Origin: Octopus sinensis
Lineage: Eukaryota
Length of the DNA: 64,000 nucleotides
NCBI RefSeq assembly: GCF_006345805.1
Contig: NC_042997.1
Coordinates: forward strand, 92,566,001 to 92,630,000
Direction of reading: 5' to 3'
The notes beneath the pieces were generated by a model that saw nothing but the letters and a program-made list of their open reading frames with translations, was not told the origin of the DNA and made no database searches. This document shows positions 51,980 through 64,000 of the stretch, piece by piece; within the stretch, counting starts at the first letter, position 1, and each line of letters begins with the position of its first letter. Both the position numbers and the translations under genes were made by a program.

Positions 51980-52290
51980 TGTGGAGGTACATGACTCAGT
52001 GGTTAGAACGACGGGTTCACAGTTCAATCCCCGGACCGGACTGTGTGTTGTGTTCTAGAGTAAGACACTTTATTTCACATGATTCCAATTCACTCAGCTG
52101 TTGAAATGAGTTGTGACGTCACTGGTCCCAAGCTGTATCGACCTGGGCCTTTCCCTTGGATAACATCGGTGGTGTGGAGAGGGGAGACTGGTATGCACGG
52201 GTGACTGCTGGTTTTCCATAAACAACCTTGCCTGGACTTGTGCCACGCAGAGTAACTTTTTAGGGGTAATCCCGGTGGAGGAGGGGGAGC
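51980..52290 (+). mobile_element. tRNA-derived SINE family C
   Basis: A box TGACTCAGTGG, B box GTTCAATCC, core GTGTT.T.GAGTAAGACACTTTATTTCAC..CACTCAGCTG. Confidence 0.65.
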
Positions 52291-52477
52291 CTTTACATTT
52301 TACTCTTTTGATAATTATGTATGTATGTATGTATTTTTCGGTCGGTAGTTCATATATCCGAAAAAGTAGCGCACTCTAAAGCTTTAAAGCAGTATTTTAT
52401 TTAGTAGGTTTTTTTTATTATGGCCGGTTAGAGAGAAAGAGAGAGAGAGTGAGAGAGAGAGAGAGAGAGAGAGAAAG

Positions 52478-52509
<32 letters not shown>

Positions 52510-52676
52510 AAGAGAGGTGGGCGGGGTGATCATTGGGTCCGCACCTATAAAGCGCTTAGCTGTCCCTCCTGCAATTTGATTCTGACGGGTCGCCTATACA
52601 ACCAAGCGCTTTATAGTTGTGGAACGAATGGTCACACTCTGACCAGGCATAAGAAACAACCTTCTAAACATCGACA

Positions 52677-52761
<85 letters not shown>

Positions 52762-52767
52762 CTAGGT

Positions 52768-53105
52768 CCAGGCGTGGTTGTGTGGTAACAAGATTACTTT
52801 CCAACCGCATGGCTTCGGGTTCAATCTCACTGCGGGGCACCTAGGTCAAGTGTCTTCTATAGCCTCAGGCCGACCAAAGTCTTGTGAATAGTTTTGGTAG
52901 AAGAAGCCCTTATATATATATACACACAAGAGGTGTTGGTTTTGTTTATGTCCCCGTATCTTAGAGCTCGGCAAGAGATCGATAGAATAAGTACTACGCT
53001 TAAAGATAAAAATAGTACTGGGGTGATTTCATTCGACTAAAAACTCTTCAAGGCGGTGCCCCAGCATGGCTGCAGTCTAATGACTGAAACAAGTAAAAGA
53101 TAAAG
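52768..53105 (+). mobile_element. SINE family B
   Basis: Head, CORE-like GGGCACCTAGGTCAAGTGTCTTCT, short internal TA/CA tract, GGCGGTGCCCCAGCATGG..GAAACAAGTAAAAG tail. Confidence 0.8.
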
Positions 53106-53499
53106 ATAGATATAAAAATGTAATATATACGATTTTTATATATGTGCAATCACACACCAATGTATATGTATATATATATATGCACGCACTCACGCAAATA
53201 TATATGTGTATGTGTACTTACATACATGTATATATATATATATATAATATATATGTGTGTGTGTGTGTGTGTCTGTGTGCCTCTGTGCCGAGAATCGTGG
53301 TATGCCCTTGAAGTAGGCATCGAAGTCCTTTCCTGCGATCCGGTCCGTAAACCGTTCTGAATAATCGAACTAAGTGCTACTGAAAACTACATACATTTGC
53401 TTGGGATCGATTAAAACGTGCTCATCATTATTGTCCAGTTATGACTTGTAGCCTAGTTGCAAATTTGAACCTCCACAGCCCGGGCCTATCGAACCAATT

Positions 53500-54400
53500 T
53501 CGTTTTTTCGTGTCTAAGAGCACATGCTTTTGCTTCGTGCTTGGCATTGAAGAATTGGTCATGGGGTAATTTTGTCGCCAGCACATTTGTCGTGATGTCT
53601 TCTCTGAGTGTTTTTTCTCGGTTTCTGTCTAGGGTTCACTCAAGTCTAGTTTTTTTCTATCGCTACTTCCTTATGAAACTTTTTCGGTTCTATTATAATT
53701 GTGCTTTTTATGGGTGAACCACATTTTACTGTTGCTGACTGACCCCGTCAACGGCCGCTTAATTAATTTGCAAATCCATTCTCTGTAAGCTTGGTACGCC
53801 TATCTAGGCCACCCGTACAGATCAAATTTGTTGTCCTTGTCTGTTTAGCCGACTACTTTGAATTGTTGACAGGCTATGCTATCATTGCCAATTGGCCTAT
53901 AAAAAACACTATCTAGATACGATCTGGAATATCCGATGTGGTTTGTCCATTGGCACATTCGGGAAATACAGTCAATACCTGTCAGAAACAAACGAGTAGA
54001 TGGCGAGGCTTTTGCACTTCTTCTATCAGCTAACCCTACAGGATTCAAGCTTACATGCAAGATGCGCTTCAATTACACAGCAGCACTTAACATTAGGATG
54101 TTCCTAAGAAGTATGCTAGACGCCTAAAGAAACTTGGCCGCTCTGCCCCAGTTGGAGTGTGGACGGCTATTACTCTTGGGGTATGGTCTTCGTTGCTGGT
54201 CACGTCCAGTACCACCAGCTTACCATCGGAGTCTAGGAAGACAGTCCATATCGCGAGATACAGATCTAGATCTTCCTGAAACAATCTAGTGATTCCGCCT
54301 CCCGATGTCGGTCGACTTGCAGACGCGTGAACCTCGCAGTCACCAAACGTGGCAAGAAGACTCAAACCTCGGAAGTTCTGATCTGGCTGATGGGCACTGC
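53500..54400 (-). mobile_element. Tx1/L1-clade APE endonuclease relic
   Basis: DGKLVVLDV..RVIAVHTP..RPSFFRRL..FL and WTNHIGYSRSYLDSV. Left boundary approximate. Confidence 0.7.
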
Positions 54401-54864
54401 ATCTACATACAGTGATCTAAAGTCACATTCATTTACTCTGCCCACTTTAGTAAAGCCATGTTGGATGAGAAGGAAGAAATTGAGGACTTCTTAACATTAT
54501 TCTTGTAAAATGACAGGTGTTCCGCCCTTCTGGCTAGTTGTGGGTATTTCCATGAATAAATCTCAGTAGAGTCATTTGCTAACATTATTTTGGAAATCTC
54601 CGATTACATCGTGACATTTGTATTTTGCTAAGTTGTATACTTTGTGTGCTGTTTTGACGATTTTTATGTGTCGGTATGTAATTTACATACGATGTGGCAA
54701 ACGTATGTAGTGCTTATGTGTTGATGGATGTGGCTGTTGATTTTTTTGTTGCTTGTGTCTATGGCTTTGTAGTTAAAGATTTCTTTTGTCTGTGTAAAGG
54801 ATGCTGGTATGACTGTTGGCACAGGTGTGAAGTGAATTGTGCAACAATGGTTTCTAATTTAGGC

Positions 54865-56380
54865 ACAAGACAACAACTTTGACAGGAGAGGGTTAGTCGA
54901 TTACATCGACTCCAGTACTTGACTGGTACTTCCTTTTATCGATCTCGATATGACGAAGAGCAAAGTTGAATTTAGTAGGATTTAAACTCGGAAAGCAGAG
55001 CCATAAATAACACTGCAAGACATTTTCCAACGCTCTAACCAATCCACCTGCCCTTAATCCTTTCTACTATAGGCATTGGGTCTGAAATTTAGGGGATTGG
55101 GGTTAGTCGATTACATCAACCCCAGTGCTCAAGTGGTACTTATTTGACTGATCCCGAAAGGACGAAAGACAAACTTAACCCCAGCAGAACTTGAACTTAG
55201 AACATAAGAAGTATCGCTAAGCATTTTGTCCAGCATGCTAACGATTCTGCCAGCTCGTCGCCTTCTCACCTTAAAGAATGGTTTCAAATTTTGGCACAAG
55301 GCCAGCAGAATTTTACCGGGGAGGGGCTACGTCAATTACATCGATCCAAGCGCTCAACTGGTACTTATTTTAACCACCTCCGAAAGGGATGAAAGGCAAA
55401 GTCGACTTTCAGCTCAGAACGTAAAAACGGAAGGGATGCCGCGAAGCATTTCGCCCGGTGTGTTAGTGATTCTGCCATTTCGCCGCCTTATTTAGTACAA
55501 GTATTAATAAGTTCTTTGAGTAATCAGGTAATAATCTCAATGTATAGTTATGTTAATTATGGACAAAAACATATTTTATAAAATTTTAGTCTAACACGTG
55601 GCCGTTGAACCATGCATTCCTCTTATCAATTTCCACTTTCAAAAGAAATATTCATATATTCTATGAATATTTTCGTCACCAGGAAATGATTTCAATTCGT
55701 AGTTAAGTAAATAGTAATCAAAAACGTAGTTTTCAAAGAATCAGTAGAAAATGTGCAGAATGGAATCATTTCTAGTTCTACTACTTCCGCTATGATTTAA
55801 ACCACTTGAAATATTTCTTTTTATCATAGTCACCAGGCCTGGAATTTCGGATCAGGAGGTTCGTTGATTACATCGACCCTAGTGCTCAACTGGTAATTAT
55901 TTTATTGACCCCAAAATGATGAAAGGCAAAGTCGACCCCGGCAGACTACTAAGGGCACAAGGCCTGATATTTTGGGGCAGGGGACTATTCGATTACATCG
56001 GCCTCAATACGCAACTGGTACTTAATTTATCGACCCCGAATGGATGAAAGGCAAAATTGACCTCGGTGGAATGTAAAGACGGACGAAATGCCGCTAAGCA
56101 TTTAGGCTGGTGTGCTAACGATTCTGCCAGCTCGCCGCTTTAATAATAATTATAATTCTTTTTACTATAGACACAAGGCCTGATATTTTAGGCGAGGGGT
56201 TAAGTCGATTACATCGACCCCAGTATACCACTTGTACTTAACTTATCGACCCCGAAAGGATGAAAGTCAAAGTCAACCTCAGCGGAATTTGAACTCTGGA
56301 ATTTGAACTTAGAACGTAATGACGGACGAAGTGTCGATAAGCGTTTTGTCCGGCGTGCTAACGATTCTGCCAACTTACCA
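54865..56380 (-). mobile_element. SINE A array with the same spacer as 34395-35660, inverted
   Basis: Five or six minus-strand family A bodies; spacer ~55490-55820. Confidence 0.8.
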
Positions 56381-56382
56381 AC

Positions 56383-56425
<43 letters not shown>

Positions 56426-56835
56426 GAAGAAGAAGAAGAAGAAGAAAGAAGAAGAAGAAGAAGAAGAAGAAGAAGAAGAAGAAACCTAACAGAAACAATA
56501 CTACCAATAGAAGGCATAATAAAATCGATTTACTAAAATCAATGGAAATCCTTGCCCAAGCTATACGCGAACAAGCTATATCGAAGAAAGGAAAAGTGTT
56601 TGAGTGTGTGTGTGTGTGTGTGTGTGCGTACGTGCGTGCATGTGTGTACGTGCACGAAGAAACGTGACATTGGATGACATATTTGCACCAACAGATGCTT
56701 AAGTATATATTTGGGCTTTAGAGCGAAAACAAACGACACATTGAAAAACCACACAATAGGTCAGAGGAGAAAAAGATAAGAGAATTATAGTAAAACTGCA
56801 TTTATGACTGACCCACTGATAGCTTGCAAAAAATG

Positions 56836-57330
56836 CAGGCGTGACTGTGTGGTAAGAAGTTTGTTTACGAACCGCATGGTTCTGGGTTCAGTCTCACTGC
56901 TGGCACCTTGGGCAAGTGTCTTATACTATAGCCTCGGGGCTGTAGTAGTGAGTGGATTTGGTGGACGGAAACTGAAAGAAACCCGTCGTATATATATGTG
57001 TATAGACACACACACACACACACACGCACGCACACTCACACACACACACAAACACACACAAACAACCACCCACCACACACACAGGCACGCACGCGCGCAC
57101 ACACACATGTATGTATGTGTTTGTGTTTTTGTGTCTGTGTTTGTCCCCCACCACTGCTTGAAAACGGTGTTGGTGTATTTACATCCTCTAACTTAGCGGT
57201 ACGGCAAAAGATATGGATAGAATAAGTACCAGGCTTTAAAAAATGTACTGGGGTCGATTCGTTCGACTAAAATTCTTCGAGGCGGTGCTCCAGCATGGCT
57301 GCAGTCTAATGACCAAAACAAGTAAAAGAT
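56836..57330 (+). mobile_element. SINE family B with internal (CA)n/(TG)n
   Basis: Head, GGCACCTTGGGCAAGTGTCTT CORE-like motif, internal microsatellite, conserved 3' module. Confidence 0.88.
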
Positions 57331-57379
57331 AAAAAAATAAAATGGGATCAAACCCGCAAGTGACTGGGAAGCTTCAAGG

Positions 57380-58160
57380 AGTGGCTGAACCATCTAACTA
57401 GTACTAATGAATTTGTAGCAACATCATTCAATGAATCGTGTCTGTTGACTAGATTCAACACACGAATGGTTACAACAGCGGAAAACAATACTGTTTTCCA
57501 AAAATATAAGCATCAGTTCTATAACTTTTTTTGCTAACAAGAAACTCTCTAACAAGCCGATTGCCCGCATTTAAAACAGTAACGTTTAGCAGGAGTAGTA
57601 GAAATGAAATGGGATGTATAACTGGAAAGAACAGTTGCTGGCGAATCGGACAATTAGCGAAGAAAAAGAAAGACATGGCATGGATTGATTACCAAAACGC
57701 ATTTGATAGGCAAACCACATTCTTGGAGTTTGGATAAAACTGTTATTACAACTACTAACACGCTACATCAACTTTAGCATGTCAAAATGGAAAATAGCCG
57801 TATCACTACTTGGAGAAGAGAGAAAATGTTTAAAACCGACTTTATACATAAGAGGAACTTTGAGAATGCCTCCATGTCCCTTCCAATTTTCTACGAAGCT
57901 CTGACCTAAATAAATTTGTTGGATGAAAGTTATAAATACTACGAAATATTATAAACTTGTTTCTCTATATGGCTGATATAAAATGATTTATAAAGAACAA
58001 TATCCAGATACAGAATCTACTGAACACTGTTTATGAGTTCAGCTGGAATATCAAATTGAATATAGGGATGAATAAAGGTATGAAGCATATTATAAAAGAA
58101 ACTACTTGATTATAACTGTAGACATTAAATTACATCCATACTCTATTATCAGAGAATTAA
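57380..58160 (+). pseudogene. Old R4-like RT relic
   Basis: AWIDYQNAFD..HSW, LYMADIK, GMNK; many stops. Confidence 0.55.
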
Positions 58161-58169
58161 GAAGGAACC

Positions 58170-58690
<521 letters not shown>

Positions 58691-59330
58691 TATTTAGAAG
58701 TAGATGAAATCGATGAGACACACAGAAACGAAATAGTAAATTTTTAAAGAAATACTGTAGAAGAGTCAGAGTAATATTGGTTTCAGATTTTGGTACAAGA
58801 CCAGCAATTTCGGGGGTGGGGCTAATCGATTATAGCGACACTAGTACTCAACCGGCCTCGACAGAATTTGAACTTAGAACTTAAAGACGGATGAGATTCT
58901 GTAAATCATTTTCCTCAGCGTGATGAAGATTCTGCCATCTAACCGACTTAGAGTCAAAGTAATAGTTAAAAAGAGTTGAATTTAAAACTGGAAATACTAT
59001 AATAAGTATAAATACATTAGCCCTTTTCAGCTATAAACTATACTTTCAAAATAATAAGTTGGAATTTTAGTGAGTTAAAATCTTAGTCAATAATATTAGA
59101 AACCTATTAACAGCATTCTGAATCTTCCACCTTATAGCTGCTATCGATATGATATCCTACTCCACACCCTAGAAGAATGGAACACGATATAGAGGGATTT
59201 TCCAAAATAATTGTGCGGCTAGTAAAAGACCTAGAAGTAATTAGAAATAATCAAAGGGAAATCGATTAAAGCAGTGAAAGAACATGGAGAAAAGAATAAA
59301 ATATTTTCCTATAAGCAAATATTTTCCTAT

Positions 59331-59464
59331 GAAAGACAAACTTAACCCCAGCAGAACTTGAATTTAGAACATAAGAAGTATCGCTAAGCATTTTGTCCAG
59401 CATGCTAACGATTCTGCCAGCTCGCTGCCTTCCCACCTTAAAGAATGGTTTCAAATTTTGGCAC
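59331..59464. repeat. 134-bp local copy of 55164-55297
   Basis: 4 mismatches over 134 bp, including non-SINE flanking sequence. Confidence 0.9.
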
Positions 59465-59822
59465 CTATAAGTAAACATTGATATACAACCTATAAGCTAA
59501 ATAAATAAAACTTGATAAGAACAAAAGAAGCGAAAATATTTTAAGAAAGACAAAATGAAAATGGAATTTCAAAATACTCGGCAGAAAAACAAGAGAGAGA
59601 AAAAACCCATACTCTGCAAGACACGTCGAAGATTTAATAAATCAATGTGAAAAACCAGCAACGGCTCAAAATCTCTGAATTGAATTGAGAAACAGATTGT
59701 AGGACAATACCCAACTACAACAGCACAGGGCAAATAAATCAGGAAACAAGAAGCTTATATCAGTTGCAGGCAATACAATGAACTTAAACACATACTTAAT
59801 TACGTCCTTGAAAACACACACA

Positions 59823-59861
<39 letters not shown>

Positions 59862-59963
59862 TGAATGTATGCAGTCAAATCGATAAATCGAACATTAAAA
59901 ACAACAAACAAGTGGACGTGCACATGGAATGTATTAGATTGACGCTCGATAAACAGAAAGTTT

Positions 59964-59997
59964 TTTTGACGTTTCGAGCATAGCTCTTCGTCAAAAA
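59964..59997 (-). ncRNA. Minimal hammerhead motif (family E), C3-to-U
   Basis: UUU-UUGACGA-A-GAGC UAU GCUC-GAAA-CG-UC-AAA. Confidence 0.55.
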
Positions 59998-60274
59998 GGA
60001 AAATGAAAAAGTCCAGAAAAGGAAAAATATCCCCAACAGTACGTGTGTGGTTACATTGCAGCAGTAACCGGAAGTAGAAAGAGATAGAAAAAGTGTTTTT
60101 TTGGGGTGGGGTGACAGGCAAGTGCGAAGGTGGCCAGTGTGTGTGTGTGTGTGTGGTAGTATCTGTGCGCGTGTGTTCTTGTGTGTATGTGAGTGATGTA
60201 TGTATAAGGGTGTGAGTCAACGAGCAGGTTGTATGTATGTATATCAGACAAGACAAAATCGGCAGCTATATCCA

Positions 60275-60383
60275 TTAATATTATTTATATTATTTACATT
60301 TGACGATATTTGTCCTCATCTTGTTTGTTTCGGGTGATATACCCTCCAGCCTTCATCAGGTGTCTTGTTGAAATTTAGAACCA
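60275..60383 (-). mobile_element. Hammerhead-relic arm of family F
   Basis: Minus strand: ACAC-CUGAUGA-A-GGCUG GAGGGUAUAU CACCC-GAAAC; 3' strand of stem I missing. The arm start matches 61830-61858 on the plus strand. Confidence 0.5.
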
Positions 60384-60460
60384 CGAGCATATGGCGTAGT
60401 GGTTAAGAGCGCGAGTTATTAACCCCAAGATTCCGAGTTCGATTCCAAGCAGTGACCTGA
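60384..60460 (+). mobile_element. tRNA-derived SINE-like head followed by (TAA)n
   Basis: A box TGGCGTAGTGG, B box GTTCGATTCC; no complete cloverleaf. Confidence 0.7.
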
Positions 60461-60477
60461 ATAATAAAAATAATAGC

Positions 60478-60532
<55 letters not shown>

Positions 60533-60553
60533 TTAATAATAATAATAATAATA

Positions 60554-61762
60554 AGATTGCTACAATTGGCCTAGACACCTACCTGAAAAACTCTGAGGAC
60601 TGGATGTTAAAACTTGTCTCAAACATGAAAACAAGAAAGCATCATACTCAGTCACAAAACAGGCAAAGGAATATCTAAGTGAATTCCGAATACAACCAAT
60701 TTCGGAATTAGAGATAGATCCAGAAACAAGCACAGAAAAAGCTAGGCGCATGAAAACCCGTGCCAAAACTGCGGCCTTAGATATTCTGAATAATAAATGG
60801 CAAGAAAAACCTCTCTATGGCAAATACCCAAAGAGAGCGAATAATGCAGATATCGACAAAGCCCTGACCCATCAATGGCTAATGGCCTCTGGCTTAAAAT
60901 CTGAAACAGAGGGGTTTATCATAGCAGCTCAAGATCAATGCCTACCAACAAGAAACTACCAGGCCAACATATTAAAGATCAGAAGCAGTCCAACGTGTCG
61001 TGTATGCAAGCAACAAAATGAAACCATTGACCATGTGGTCTCCAAGTGCAGTTTTCTAGCGCCTACAGAGTATCTCAACAGGCACGATAGAGCTGCACAA
61101 TATATTCACTGGGTAATCTGTAAAAACCTGGATTTGCCCCATGAAAAAAACTGGTGGGAACACAAACCACCCCCAGTGCTTGAAAATGACCACATCTCAC
61201 TCCTCTGGAACTTCACCATTCAAACTGACAGGAAGATAGATGCAAATAGGCCAGACATCATATTGAAAGACTTCAAACAAAGAACATGCCTCCTCATTGA
61301 TATGACTGTCCCAATCGATATAAACGTATCTGTCAACCTACCAAAATCTGAGCAAATATAAAGATCTTGAAATAGAAATCAGCAAAATGTGGAAGCTGAA
61401 GACTTAAACAATACCTGTTGTCATAGGTGCCCTGGGAATGATAGCAAAAGGGGCTGATAGCTACCTAACTCAGATACCAGGAAACCCAAAATGGCAGAAG
61501 TTCAAAAGATAGTGCTCATGGGAACTGCTCATATCCTACACAAAATACTCTCTATGTAATCTCAAGGTTTAAAACAAACCATAATTTTCGGTTAAAAAAA
61601 AAAAAAACCTTTTTTTTAGACATTCATTAGTACAACATCCCCCCCCCCCAAATATATGGCACACTAGGCATAACAACAACATGAACTTCCACCCTGTTGT
61701 CTCTTGAGGTCTCTGGGTGAGACTTGGAGCCAACTTGTACAAATATAAAGCAAAAGTCAAAC

Positions 61763-61763
<1 letters not shown>
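60554..61763 (+). mobile_element. R4/Dong-clade retrotransposon, 5'-truncated copy 2
   Basis: ORF 60750-61361 carries CRVC..H..C, RHD and RPDI..LLIDMTVP (RLE); a frameshift leads to VIGALG..QKIVLMGTAHIL; (TAA)n on both sides. Confidence 0.93.
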
Positions 61764-61799
<36 letters not shown>

Positions 61800-61859
61800 T
61801 ACATCGAAAAATACTTTAGGAATGAGAACTGTGTTTCGAAATTTCCCCAAGACACCTGT

Positions 61860-62330
61860 CCTAGAGCCCAGTACTTGACCGGTACTTCATTTTAACGTCT
61901 CCGAAACGATGAATGGCGAAGTTGACCCGGCTAAGATTTGAACTCAGAACGCAAAGAGCTGGAGTTCCTATGGTCTATGGTCAGCTCACCACTTTAACAA
62001 AAGCAACAAAAGCAGCAGCAGCAGCAGTGACAACAACAGCAACAACAATCCTTTCTACTATAGACACAAGGTCTGAAATATTATGGTGGGGAGGGGACTG
62101 ACCCCAAAAGAATGAACGGCGAGGTCGACCTCTGTGATATTTGAACCCAGAATGTAAAACCAGAAGAAATGTCGCTTACCGTTTTGTCCGGGTGTGCTGA
62201 TTCTGCCAGGTTACCGTCTTTCTCTTTCTTTGGCACAAAGCCAGTAATTCCAGGTGAGGGGTAAGTCGATTACATCGACCCCAGTTCTCAACTGATCCTT
62301 ATTTTATCGACTCGAAAGGGTGAAAGGTAA
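61860..62330 (-). mobile_element. Three SINE A fragments
   Basis: Reverse family A bodies at ~61860-61960, 62060-62220 and 62230-62330. Confidence 0.65.
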
Positions 62331-62874
62331 AGAGGAATCTGAAGTAAGAATGTAAAGCCAGATGCAATGCTGCAAATCATTTTCTCCGGTGTGATAATAA
62401 CTCTGTCAGAATCTTCTTTGAAGAGTTCTATAGTCAGGGTGGGCGTGTAGAGACCCACATCAAGAGGTTTGTTGAGATCTAAGATTTCATACGAAGCATA
62501 CGAGGGCATGATATCTCTAACGGATCTGCAATTATTGTATTCGATCTTATCACTCCCTTGATCAGTACCTCATTTGAAAGGTCCTAGTTCATACGATGTG
62601 CATCACTGATCAATCTTCTGTTTGCTTTGAGGAGGGCTGTGAACTTAATTCCAATCAAATTGGGAGAGATTTGGTTGGTATTTCCAGCTGATAAGTAATA
62701 TTGACAGTTGTCGTTGTTGTTGTTGTGGCCAACACTGGGAATATGCTGAACTGTGGCCAAAAGTATTCAAACCAAGACCATCACATTAGCACTATAGTAT
62801 ATCTAGAACTACATTAACCAATTTTTCTCTCCTTTTTATGATGCAAGGGTGCATTACCTTTATCTTTAACTTCT

Positions 62875-63285
62875 TTCAGTCATAGGATGGCAGCCATGCT
62901 GGAGCACCGTCCCGAACAGTTTAGTCGCATGAATCGACCCCAGTATTTATTTTTTAAGTTTAGTACTTCCGATCTTTTTTTCCTAAACTGCTACGATGCG
63001 GGGACGCAAACAATCTCACACAGGTTGTGAAGCGGTGCGAGTGAATAAACAACGATACACACGCACGTATACACACACACGCACGTATACAAACACACGC
63101 ACGTATACACACACACGCACGATGGACTTCCACACTGTTTCCATCAATCAAATTCACTCACAAGCCACTGGTCGAACCCAGAGCTATAGCTGAAGACTTT
63201 TGCAGAAGATGTCACGCAGTTGAACCGAATCCGAAACCATGTCGTTGTTGTAAAGCAATGTATTTAGCTACACAGCCATGCCTGT
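62875..63285 (-). mobile_element. SINE family B, degenerate, with internal (CA/CG)n
   Basis: CCATGCTGGAGCACCG 3' module and reverse head. Confidence 0.7.
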
Positions 63286-63459
63286 ATCTAAGCCTATGCT
63301 TCTTGAATACTATAATTAATTCTAGATATATTGCCTTAAACTAAAGCAGCGCAACGATCACAGTGAGAATAGAAATCTGATATTAAGTCGTCTCGATCTT
63401 TGATAACTTGTGGCGAAACAACCATTACAACAGCTTGCGCTATACTACATGACAATATA

Positions 63460-63692
63460 CAGGGTGTCTATAAATTATCTTTACAGCTTCCACAATTTAT
63501 TGTATCTGTTAAAGTTGAGATCAATCAATCAACTTCTTTGCAGCCAAAGGAGCCCATGTGGAAATGTTCTAATGTTTCTAATAAAACTTTGTTTCTTTGC
63601 TGATGTTTTCCAGTAATCTCTGGTGAATTATCCTTATTTTTCATTTTTTCCTAAATTTTTTCAAATTGTAATGGTAATTTATGGACACCCTG
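63460..63692. mobile_element. Tc1-like MITE (233 bp)
   Basis: 20-bp TIRs CAGGGTGTCTATAAATTATC / GGTAATTTATGGACACCCTG; TA on both sides. Confidence 0.85.
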
Positions 63693-64000
63693 TATTATGT
63701 TACACAATACTATACAACAGTACTCAACAGCTTTTTATGATAGCAGTGAACGGGTTCTCAGCTATGGTCTATATCCTTGGGGGTTTATATAAGATTATAT
63801 TGTTTAAAATAATGTGCAATAAATTGGTTATATTTCTACAACACACAAAATGCTTTAATATTTTAATACAATTCCTAATAATGTTTAGTTATAAAAATAT
63901 AGTAGGATTTTTTAAGCACTGAACAGCTGTAAAAGATTACTTGAGTATACAGGAATCAAAGTGATCCATAGATAAAAGACGGTTTAGAAACATTGTGTTA

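Noticed and set aside
60384-60460. Functional tRNA gene
   Set aside because: A and B boxes are present but the acceptor and anticodon stems are not intact; treated as a SINE-type head.
62288-62700. Unique-looking stretch with a 73-aa minus ORF as a possible host exon
   Set aside because: No recognisable domain or clear splice pair, and the ORF end runs into a SINE. A tBLASTx or RNA-seq check could reopen it.

Overview
AT-rich eukaryotic non-coding DNA, crowded with microsatellites ((TA)n, (CA)n, (TATG)n, (TATC)n, (TAA)n, (TTTC)n) and transposon relics. The repeat content resembles a coleoid cephalopod (octopus-like) genome, which is an inference. I found no convincing host exon; almost all ORF-track entries are microsatellite or antisense artefacts. 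Recognisable elements: two young 5'-truncated R4/Dong-type RLE retrotransposons inserted in (TAA)n, plus older R4-like relics; Tx1/L1, RTE and Penelope-like (RT and GIY-YIG) fragments; one full-length 1290-bp mariner with 37-bp TIRs; three other decayed Tc1/mariner copies; several MITEs; Helitron/Helentron-type ends; and many tRNA-derived SINEs. The most notable signal is a set of short non-coding elements embedded in (TA)n that carry minimal type-I hammerhead ribozyme (HHR) motifs. Three unrelated fold-back (palindromic) elements at 44.4-46.7 kb each carry an HHR-like motif in both arms, pointing outwards; one uses a U3:A8 core variant. A fourth family lies between them, and further copies occur at 8.9, 60.0 and 60.3 kb. 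Folds were read by eye and cleavage activity is untested.
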